Below are positions 38,337-48,100 of a DNA stretch of 64,000 nucleotides, piece by piece. Location: positions 1 through 64,000 of the IMG/VR virus record IMGVR_UViG_3300037963_005450; one strand, written 5' to 3'. Both the position numbers and the translations under genes were made by a program. The notes beneath the pieces are model-generated. The model saw only the letters and a list, made by a program, of their open reading frames with translations. It was not told the DNA's origin and searched no databases. Position 1 is the stretch's first letter, and the number at the start of each line of letters is the position of its first letter. Source of the stretch: a virus.

Positions 38337-41300
38337 TTATTCATTACCTTTTTTAATTATGTGCGTCATTATATAATTTGGCACATGCATTCCTAATTTC
38401 TTAGCATCTTTATAATGCATTCTATTAAGTTTATCATAAACTTTTTCAGCAAAAGTTATATCATCAGTATTATCATATACACCGTTTATGTAATCTTTAT
38501 AAACTTGTAATTTATCTGTTTTTTTATTTTGCTTTTTGCTCATTTCTCCACCAACTTTCATGCTAGGAAATGCCAATGCTCCTCCAACATGTGGGTTACT
38601 AGCTTTATTAAATCCGCTCCATTGGTTAAAATCTAATTTTCCATTACTAGCTTGAGGTCTTGCACTAAAACTTCCTACATCATGATAACCAAATATAAGT
38701 TCTTCAGGTTTTAGTTTATATTTTTTCATTATTTCATTGGCTGTTTTTTTTATCATATTAATTGAACCAGCCATTTCTATTGCCTCTCTTTGACCATTAG
38801 GTCTTTCTATAAAGAAAATAACACCTGTTCCACCAAATCTACCATATGCATTTTTACCACCTCTAGAGTTACTGGTAGGAAATATTAAATGTGTTTCATT
38901 AGATTTTTTTCCACCTATGGTATAACTTTTACTAGTAGGTATTGATGATACTGTACTTTGAAATCCTTGAGCACTGGTTCTACCATCCCAATTTAAATCA
39001 GACCATTTGTATTGTCGTAATGGTGAAGCAATAGAAGCATAATCTTTTATTTCATTCTTTTTTAAATACTTTATATTAACTTGACCATTTTCTAATCTTT
39101 CATATACTGGAAAATAACCATCAGTTACAGTTGATCCTGGTGCTACAGGTTTTCCATTTAATTGGTCAGCAATCATTTTTTTAGCATAAGGATGCTTGTA
39201 TCCATCTGTTAAATCAGAGTCTAATAAAAAATGTGCAATTCCTTTAACATTTGAATATTGAGTGTTATCATCTGATTTACCATAGTTCTTTATAGGAACA
39301 TAATTAAAACCATTCTTAGCATCAAAAGAATTTTGATACATCATTAAATTACCTTTACTATCTTTAACAGTTCCTAAATCTTTATATATAGGTTTTATTA
39401 AATTTACTTTTTCTAGATTTGGTGATTCTTGAATGTTTGTTTCTCCTGATACTCCATCAACATATAAAGGTGTTTCTCCTTCTTTTGCATTTAAAGCTAA
39501 ACGTGCATTAAAAAGATCTACTTTATCCATTAATGGAGATTTTTCTTCTTCAAGATTAATATCAACATCAACTTTTTCTGTACTATAAACATCACCATCC
39601 ATATATTTTACATAACCTCTATGTAGATTATCTATTTTATCATCAATCCAATTCATAGCTATATCCAATGGAGAGTCTTTTTCTTTTGGTTTTGGCGGTT
39701 CTTTTTTATTAGGATCATATGCATAATGATGCTCCCCTAATGTTAAAGTATCATTTATATTAACTACTGTATTATCTCCGGGTGGCATAAATGATTCAAC
39801 GGGCATTGTAATTAAATTTACATCAGTAGTTGATGGTTCTGCTTTATATTCATACTGTGTAAAATCTATCTTAGGTAAAAGTTTTTCTGTTGTTTCTTCT
39901 TTTACAATAGGTTTTGGTTGTTCAGTAATTACCGGTTCTGTTGGTGTATTTACTGAAGTGATTTTATTTGGTTTATTTATAACAGGTTTTTGTTGTACAA
40001 CTTCTTGTACAACTTTTTCTTTTGTAGATGGTACTGTAACAGGCTGTTTTATTGGTGTTACAGGAGGTGTTACAATTGTTTGTTCAATTGGTTGTTCAAC
40101 TGGTGCTATTGTTTCTTCAACAACTGTTTGTTGAATTGGTGTTCCCACTCCTGGAATATTTATTGAAGTGCCTTTAGCAATCATCATTGGATTAACTCCG
40201 GGATTGGCATCTAATAATTCTTTTAATGTAATTCCAAATTTAGCAGCTATTCTAGGTCCTATTTCACCTTGTGAAACATATACACTATCTGTTTTAATTT
40301 CATCACCAGTTTGTTTTTTTGGAAGTTCAAATAATTGATCATAATATGTTTCACTAATACTATCATGTTTAGATTTTAAATATTCTTCTTCCCACTTTTC
40401 ATTATCTGCTAAAACTATTTTATGAACATAATCTTTAGTTTCTTCTGGTAATGATTCTAACCATTTCATATCATCACTATATATATCAACACCTTTTTCT
40501 TTTTGGTTATTTAAAAATTCAGACATATTACCTCTTCCCCAATTATAAGCAGCAAATGTTTTTGCTCTTCTTACTATAGGAGATTGATTGGGTTTATTTA
40601 TAAAACTGGCATTATATAAATGATCCATATACCATTTTTGTACTTTAGTAGCATCTTCAGGATCAAAAGGATCAACTTCTGTTTCTCCTGTTGCTTTTTT
40701 ATAATCTTTAATAACAGCGTCTCCTAATTGAGCTATTCCTTTATAACCTGCTGGAGAAACAGCTTCTGGATCAAATGTAGATTCTTTATACGCTTGTCTT
40801 ACCAACATTTCTTGAGGTATAGTATTTTCACGTTGTTCAAACAATTTTTGCATAAGTTTTAATTGTTCTAATTTTGTTGATGTTGCTGGTGCAGATGGTG
40901 CTGCTTTAGCTGCTATTGCAGACATTTTTTTTATAAAATTTCCATTTCCATTTTGAGCTTTTGGTAATGCCCCACCATATTGCATTCCTTCATTAGAACC
41001 TGAAGAACCTGCTGCTACTCCAAGCCCTCCTGTAGCTACAGCACCTGCAACAACAGGTGTCCTATTTATTAAATCAATTATACCTTTTTTTCCTTCTGTA
41101 GATGGTTGTAAAAAACTTAATATTCTATTTTGTTTACCAGCATCTGATTTCCAAAACTGCATTAATGTCTTTTCATCAATAGGATCTTGAAAGTTTTTAA
41201 TTATTCCATTCTGATATAATTCATTTCTAAGTTCTCTTAACATTGCAAGAGGTTCATGTTGATGTGTAGTTTGATTAATAAAAGTAGTTTCATCTGGATA

Positions 41301-44300
41301 TCTTTTTGTAAACTCTGATAATCTTTTATTTGCAAGTTCTTGATGTTCAACCATACTCTGCCATAAATCTTTTGTTTCTTTATCTCTAAAATAAGACTTA
41401 AAACCTTTATCACCCATTCCTTGCATTCTAGCTTCTTCAATATTTTTTGCTGCGGCATTAGCCTCATCAGTAAGATCTTTCAGCTGTACTTTATACCTAT
41501 CTTGTGGTAATAAAAGATTTCCTTTATTATTTATATTATAATCCTTTTGAGTATAAGCAAAATTTTCAGCGTCTTTAGTAGACAACCAATCATCTTCTTT
41601 TTTAAAGTTTCTAAAGAATTCAGAAGCTTCTTCATCAAATTTTGTCATAGGTTTATTTACAGTTTTAGGACTAATCCCCTCTATAGGTAAACCAGTTTTT
41701 GTACTTTTTACAGAATATGTTCTTTGAGGTAAATTCAACCCTCTTTTTTCCATATATCTTTGAATCAAATGACCAATTTCATGATCTCCAGTATGAGATG
41801 TTATATTTGGAACATAAGCAAATCTTTCAGTATGTTGACCAATACCTAAATTAACTAAATCATCTACACCGGATACATTTCCTACTGAACTTCCTGCATA
41901 TCCTCCTCTTCCTGGTACATTTGTATATTGAACTTCGTTTAAAAGATATTGTATAAAATCATCTGGATCTTTAACTCCTAAATTAATTAATTTTTCTTTA
42001 GCTGCAGGATTGTTAAAATTTTCTATTAAAGGCATTATATGATCATCAACATTTTCTAAAGGTTGTTCTAAATTTTTATAGGGTAGTGTAGTTTGATCTT
42101 TAAATTGTTCTCTTACTTTAGGATCTTTACTAGCTTTACCAGTATTAACTTTTATATTATGTTCAGATATTAATTCATTTTGTTTAGCTATTTGTTCATT
42201 TACTTCAGTAAGGCTTTGGTTATATTTTTCATTACCATAAAACGTAGATGGTTGTGTATCTACTTTTTGAGGCTTTTTTGGTATATAAGTACCAGGCCAA
42301 AATTCAGTATCAACTCCTGTATTATCTGGAATGTTTGCCCAATCTGTATCATCTGCTTGATTTAATGTTGTTCGTGTCTCAACTACTTCATCTGTTTCCT
42401 TTATAATATTAGGTTTTGTAGAACTTGTTTTTGATGATTTAACTGGTTTTACAATAATATCATTAAAGTGTCCTGTGTTATCTCTACCAATAACTTTAAG
42501 GTTTGGCATTCCAAGTAATTCTTTCTCACCTAAAAGCTTTTCTGTAGTCATGAAAAAAGGTTTCTCTTTAGTTCCAACATTAGTAGTATTTATTAAATCT
42601 TGTAAGTTTTGGTTTTCTTTAATAGGAACTTTAAAAAAATCTTCTCCCATGTTTTTTGCATACCTTTCAGGTATTACTATTCTTTGAGTACCTGCTGGAT
42701 TAAGTGGTGCACCATCTTTCCAAGCTCCTGTACTCCAAGATCTTGGAGAATCCCAAGTTACTTTAGAACCATATTCAGTAGGGAAGTTTTTTTGACTTCC
42801 ATAATAACCTTGTATTCTAGATATAGGTGTATTTATAGATTGATCTCCTAAGTTGTATTTAGCAACAATTTCATCTAGCTTTAATCTATCAGCACCTTTT
42901 ATATCAGCTGGACTATGTTGCCAAAGTCTTACAATTTCAGCTTCCTCATCAGTTAAATTAGCACCTTTTAAAGCATCATAGTTTTTAGAACCTTGATAAG
43001 CAGCACTAATATTTCCTTCATTTAATCCAGATTTCCATGCAATAGGTAACGGAGAGTTTCCAGTAGCAACTGCATTATATCCACTTTTAATGGTTGGAAT
43101 ATATTGTTTTGCTGCTGCATATCCACCAGCACCTATACCAAACAAATCTAATCCTATAGACCCTGCATTACCCCAAGTTGGATTATTAGCAAACTCTTGA
43201 ACATCTCCTGGTAAATGTGTAGCTCCGTGATAAGCACCATAAGCATCCATAAGACCCCCAACAGTTACATCCCCAACAACTTTAGTTCCCATTACTTCAC
43301 TAGCTGCAGGCATTACATAAGGTAATGCAGATGCAACCAATGGTAAAGCTGCAACAGTCATACCTGGTTTAACTATAGCATCAGTTATTTGTTGCCCATA
43401 ATCATCTAAGTAATCACCTCCTCTAACACCCTCTATTATAGCTTGTCTTATGAGAGGATTGCTTGATCTATTTGCTGTTGAGCCAAATGTAGTACTATAA
43501 GGATTATGATGATCCCATAATGTTTCTTTTTGATTGTCACTTATAGTCTCCCATGCAGGATACCTTTTTTTCATTTCCTCCTCATGCCTTAATCTCCATG
43601 AAGTTTCATCCCTTTGTCTTTGTGTTTCATCTGAAACAGTTTCTATTTCAAAATCAGGAAGATTACCTCCTATAAATATAGGTTCTAATTCACCTTCTGG
43701 TCCTGTAACATTTTCATCAAAGACATAATGTTTTAGTTGCCCTGCTTCATTTAATGCTCTAAATTCTTCCACCGTATAAGGTTTGCCAGTATTAGGATTT
43801 ATACCTTTATCAGCCATCCAAACAGGAGCAGCCTCTTGCAACTTTTTTTCATAAACATAATTCTCTCTGTCTTGAGCTGCTTGATCATTTTTATTTTTTT
43901 GATCCATAGCATAATTATAACGTAACCATTGAGAATTGCTATATGTTATAGGATTTCCACTTTTATCTAAAGGATTGGCTTGATCATCATAACTTGCAAC
44001 TTGAGCATCAAACTCTGCCTCCATTTCTGCAGGAGACTTATCAAATGAAAAGTTTTGTGTACCTGTTTCTACTCTAGTGGGTTCATTAGAATTTTCCCCT
44101 TTAAATTGAAATATTGGAAGAATATCCCCACCGTCTTTTTTAATGCCTTGATTATATTGCATATTATCTTGCACATAACCAGCATCACCTTGAAGCATAG
44201 CTTGTATTTGATTAAGTCTTTCTTTTTGAGATTGATTAAGACCGCTTCTAGCTTCTAAAGATTGTAAATCATTTTTTTCTCTATTTAACTCAACTATGTC

Positions 44301-45164
44301 TTTTTGTAAAAGCTTTTTATATTCTATTTGTTCTTGCTCTACTTGTTCTATAGTAGGTTGTGGTTCAATAATATCATTCGTATTTATTGTAAAATTGTTT
44401 TCTTCATTATTTGTTGGATAACCCAAATCATGAATCATACTTCTTACTACTATATTTTGAGGAGGTAATCCTTTTAATAATTCTTCAATATTATGTTCAG
44501 CAAAATATTCAGGATTATTTGTTTGTGCCCAAGATATATATTGTTGATATTCATCATCAGTCATAGAATGTCGTGGTAATTTTCTATGATAATTTTCTAT
44601 TGTTGGTGATTTAGCTCCTTCCCAATCTGATTCTCCCCAACTTTTATCTACTATTAAATTTGACCCTGTTTTAAATTTTTTAGAAATAGTTGCTTCACCA
44701 GGTTTAACTAGATCTTTATATTGTTCAAACCCTAAAAATTCAGGAGAATTCATCCATTCTGTACTATCAGTATAATCATCTACTACTGACCATCTTAATT
44801 CATAAGCGTCTTTAGCAGCATCTATTTCTTTATTAAGTGATTCAATATTTTTATTCTCTTTTCTTATTTTTTTATACTCTTTGTACCGTGGATCAAAAAT
44901 GCTATTTATTTCTCCCTTAGATTGATATGAGGGTAGTATTGGAGATTCATCTACATAGTCTGCATTAGGAAAATAATAATCTTTACCGGGATTCATTAAT
45001 GTTGGTGGTCCTACATTTGGTTGAGCCCATACAGGATATGGTACACCTTTCATTGTAATATCATTACCCATTATACGTGTATTTTGACCAGGATATTTCC
45101 ATTGACCTTGCTGATCTTTAACCAAATAATTTGGTCCTCCTTTTAACCCTATTCCTTTTCCCAT
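38337..45164 (-). CDS. Multidomain virion protein: lytic transglycosylase (SLT), LysM, zincin HExxH, putative ADP-ribosyltransferase (2275 aa)
   Basis: SLT motifs KESTFDPEAVSPAGYKGIAQL..AAYNWGRG..ETKDYV (about 40410-40830); LysM VSQGE..IAAKFGITLKELLDANP...INIP (about 40150-40285); HEIGH (41769-41783); R-S-E-like ART motifs (about 42445-42960). Confidence 0.85.
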   Translation of the reverse strand: MGKGIGLKGGPNYLVKDQQGQWKYPGQNTRIMGNDITMKGVPYPVWAQPNVGPPTLMNPGKDYYFPNADYVDESPILPSYQSKGEINSIFDPRYKEYKKIRKENKNIESLNKEIDAAKDAYELRWSVVDDYTDSTEWMNSPEFLGFEQYKDLVKPGEATISKKFKTGSNLIVDKSWGESDWEGAKSPTIENYHRKLPRHSMTDDEYQQYISWAQTNNPEYFAEHNIEELLKGLPPQNIVVRSMIHDLGYPTNNEENNFTINTNDIIEPQPTIEQVEQEQIEYKKLLQKDIVELNREKNDLQSLEARSGLNQSQKERLNQIQAMLQGDAGYVQDNMQYNQGIKKDGGDILPIFQFKGENSNEPTRVETGTQNFSFDKSPAEMEAEFDAQVASYDDQANPLDKSGNPITYSNSQWLRYNYAMDQKNKNDQAAQDRENYVYEKKLQEAAPVWMADKGINPNTGKPYTVEEFRALNEAGQLKHYVFDENVTGPEGELEPIFIGGNLPDFEIETVSDETQRQRDETSWRLRHEEEMKKRYPAWETISDNQKETLWDHHNPYSTTFGSTANRSSNPLIRQAIIEGVRGGDYLDDYGQQITDAIVKPGMTVAALPLVASALPYVMPAASEVMGTKVVGDVTVGGLMDAYGAYHGATHLPGDVQEFANNPTWGNAGSIGLDLFGIGAGGYAAAKQYIPTIKSGYNAVATGNSPLPIAWKSGLNEGNISAAYQGSKNYDALKGANLTDEEAEIVRLWQHSPADIKGADRLKLDEIVAKYNLGDQSINTPISRIQGYYGSQKNFPTEYGSKVTWDSPRSWSTGAWKDGAPLNPAGTQRIVIPERYAKNMGEDFFKVPIKENQNLQDLINTTNVGTKEKPFFMTTEKLLGEKELLGMPNLKVIGRDNTGHFNDIIVKPVKSSKTSSTKPNIIKETDEVVETRTTLNQADDTDWANIPDNTGVDTEFWPGTYIPKKPQKVDTQPSTFYGNEKYNQSLTEVNEQIAKQNELISEHNIKVNTGKASKDPKVREQFKDQTTLPYKNLEQPLENVDDHIMPLIENFNNPAAKEKLINLGVKDPDDFIQYLLNEVQYTNVPGRGGYAGSSVGNVSGVDDLVNLGIGQHTERFAYVPNITSHTGDHEIGHLIQRYMEKRGLNLPQRTYSVKSTKTGLPIEGISPKTVNKPMTKFDEEASEFFRNFKKEDDWLSTKDAENFAYTQKDYNINNKGNLLLPQDRYKVQLKDLTDEANAAAKNIEEARMQGMGDKGFKSYFRDKETKDLWQSMVEHQELANKRLSEFTKRYPDETTFINQTTHQHEPLAMLRELRNELYQNGIIKNFQDPIDEKTLMQFWKSDAGKQNRILSFLQPSTEGKKGIIDLINRTPVVAGAVATGGLGVAAGSSGSNEGMQYGGALPKAQNGNGNFIKKMSAIAAKAAPSAPATSTKLEQLKLMQKLFEQRENTIPQEMLVRQAYKESTFDPEAVSPAGYKGIAQLGDAVIKDYKKATGETEVDPFDPEDATKVQKWYMDHLYNASFINKPNQSPIVRRAKTFAAYNWGRGNMSEFLNNQKEKGVDIYSDDMKWLESLPEETKDYVHKIVLADNEKWEEEYLKSKHDSISETYYDQLFELPKKQTGDEIKTDSVYVSQGEIGPRIAAKFGITLKELLDANPGVNPMMIAKGTSINIPGVGTPIQQTVVEETIAPVEQPIEQTIVTPPVTPIKQPVTVPSTKEKVVQEVVQQKPVINKPNKITSVNTPTEPVITEQPKPIVKEETTEKLLPKIDFTQYEYKAEPSTTDVNLITMPVESFMPPGDNTVVNINDTLTLGEHHYAYDPNKKEPPKPKEKDSPLDIAMNWIDDKIDNLHRGYVKYMDGDVYSTEKVDVDINLEEEKSPLMDKVDLFNARLALNAKEGETPLYVDGVSGETNIQESPNLEKVNLIKPIYKDLGTVKDSKGNLMMYQNSFDAKNGFNYVPIKNYGKSDDNTQYSNVKGIAHFLLDSDLTDGYKHPYAKKMIADQLNGKPVAPGSTVTDGYFPVYERLENGQVNIKYLKKNEIKDYASIASPLRQYKWSDLNWDGRTSAQGFQSTVSSIPTSKSYTIGGKKSNETHLIFPTSNSRGGKNAYGRFGGTGVIFFIERPNGQREAIEMAGSINMIKKTANEIMKKYKLKPEELIFGYHDVGSFSARPQASNGKLDFNQWSGFNKASNPHVGGALAFPSMKVGGEMSKKQNKKTDKLQVYKDYINGVYDNTDDITFAEKVYDKLNRMHYKDAKKLGMHVPNYIMTHIIKKGNE

Positions 45165-48100
45165 TATCTAAAAGATTGATTAAGTTTGGTATTAGCTACT
45201 TTTAATAACATTTTTCTATTTCTTTCACCTTCTGTACTACGTCTTAAAATAAGTTTATTGTAATAATGTCTAAACTTTTTACGTTGTTCAGCAGGTTTAT
45301 TATAATCTAAATTTAAAAAATTTAAATCTCTTATATACCCATTTAATTGAGTATTCCATATTTGTTGTTCAGCATTAGTAAATTCACCTCTATCATTAGT
45401 AATATCCCAGAACATATTAAATCTATATTTTTGTTCTACTTTATTAAAAATAATATCTATATCAGCTGGATTAAATATTGGGTAATCTAATGCTGTAATT
45501 GGATCTAATTGTGGTTGAAGATTTAGTTTTAACAATCCAGATACTTGTTCACTATTATGTATAATAGCTTCATCAAAATTCCAAAATAAATCATGATATC
45601 TATCATCTCCACATCCATTTCTTAAATCTCCTTTATAGACAAAACTTTCTAATTGATACTCTACACTTCTTAAAGTATTAACTACTTGACCGCTATTTTC
45701 TACAAATTCTATTTCCCAAGGATAACTTACGCCATAATATCCAGCAAAATCATCACATCTATCATTATGCCTCCAAATACTTCCTGTAGATTTAGGTGGG
45801 AAATAACTTTCAAAATCATCTTTTGTATATGTACACATCAAAGGTGATGGGTTAACATATGTTGGATCTCCATATAAATAAACGTCATCACATGATCCTG
45901 ATGGAGTTCCTGGATCATTACCTCCAAATGGATCTGGTGGACAATCACATTCTATTTTTCTACAAACTAATGGTATTTCTCCTGGACAAGGACCAGTTGG
46001 TTCAGTAAAATATCCTGTAGCTGGATTTTCCCAAACTTGAGTGTACCCTGAAGGACAATCACAACCCGGTCTAGTTTGCACTTCCCCTTCAAATGCTATA
46101 TCATAAAAATATGTAGCTGGTTGAGAAAAAGTAAAGAATCCTATTTTACAATTATTTTGAAATTTTAATAATTCATTTCCAGTTGCAAATGTTGGTGCGT
46201 CTGTCCATGTTGCAACATTTGCTAAATCTATTGATATTACGGGAGTTGGGTTATATTGATTAGTTCCTCCTGGAGCTACTGCAGCATCAGTTTGTGGCCC
46301 CATTGTTTCTGTTGTAAATATATCTATTAAAGTTCCGGTTTTTTCTACCTTTACTCTTACAGAGCCTTGATCATCATAGGATCCACCTTGAGTTTGAGCA
46401 CCACCATTCCATGGAGAAGGAACTCTTTTAACTAATACAGGTCTTTGTCCGCCAGGATTTGCAGGATCAAAGAAAGCATAAGCACTATTTCCATAATTAT
46501 AATATATACTTATAGTTCCTTTACCATTAGAATCTTGGGTAGCATTAGAAAACATTAAAAGTAAATTATGTGTTTCATTTGTTGGTCCATATATACCATC
46601 AACATCTTTAACAGCTCCTAAAACAACACCTATAAAATCATTATCACTATTACCACTTCTAAGCGTTACTTCATGAGTATAATTACCAAATTCACATTTA
46701 CTCCAATATCCATTTACAAGACCACTATTAATTGGCATTCTAACTTTTTTAGGAAATGCTGCATTTTTAATGCTTGCTAATATTACATTTCCTTGTGAAT
46801 CAATAGTATAATCATTACCATCTAATGGTACTGTATTCCATGTTTGATTTGTAGTTAAATATTCTGTTGATGTTGGATTTCCAACATTCCCATAATTTTC
46901 TCTTGGATCAAATGTTGTCCATTGCCATGCGTTACCAGAACCCGTTCCTCTAACATTTATACAAATAATATATTTATTTATTGCAGAATTATACCACCAA
47001 TAATCTTGATTTGATTGAGCTGCATTTTGAGGTGCACCATCAGCTGTTGTAACATTTTCACCTTCTTGCATAGGAACATTAAAAGTTCCTAAATTATATG
47101 TACTTGCAGGATCAAAATATGTTCCTGGTGCAGCAGAGGGTATCCCAGTAGTTTGATCTACATCACTCCAAACAACAGGCCCACTACCTGAAGGCTGTCT
47201 TCTTCCTCCAAATGCTGTTATACACCACCTATCCCAATTTGCTGTTAAATCATCTATATCATCATCTTTAGTGAATATTAAATCTCCTACAGGACAATCA
47301 TCTACTATTGTACCAGTAGCTGGAACTTCATCTACTGTAGTTATTGCTAATTTTTCTTCTTCTATTGTTGTACCTCTTTCACACATTCCTGTAGCAGGGT
47401 TGTATGTATATCCTTCATCACATTGTATTTCTAAATCTTGTGATTTTGTTGTTAAAAAATGATTAATGCTTGGTAAGCATAATTCAGGATGCCAATCATG
47501 AAAAGAAATCCATGCTTTAACTTTAGGATCATAACTAACTGTCCATGAACTATCTGTAAAATAAATAGGATCACCTAATGAAATATTTATTCCACGGGGA
47601 CTTATAATTGGATCAATTACATCTAAAAATTCACATAACCATTGACCAGCAGAATTTTGAATTAATGTTTCTCCCTCATTACACTCATATTGATTATCTC
47701 CTATTAATGTAGGAATAGAATATGTTCTTTTTTCACACATTCCTGTTTGACTATTATATGAATAGCCATCAGGACAAGTTTGAACTCCGGGTTGACCACT
47801 ATATGAAGTAAGATTTAATTGAAATCCTTCATCATCATCATATAATATATGACCGCTAAATTCTTCTACAACTGCATAATCTCTTTTACAGAAATAAACA
47901 ATACCGTCTGTTGGATCATATATTGTTTGACAACCCACACCTATTACTGGATTATCTACAATAGGTTTTCCTTCTATACTAGGAACTTCTTTTAATAATT
48001 GACATGGTAGATATTTATTAAACCACCATTTCATACCTGCATCAGAAATAGGTACTAAACCTTGACCTGACGTTTGAAATATTTTACCTTGTTCTTGAGA

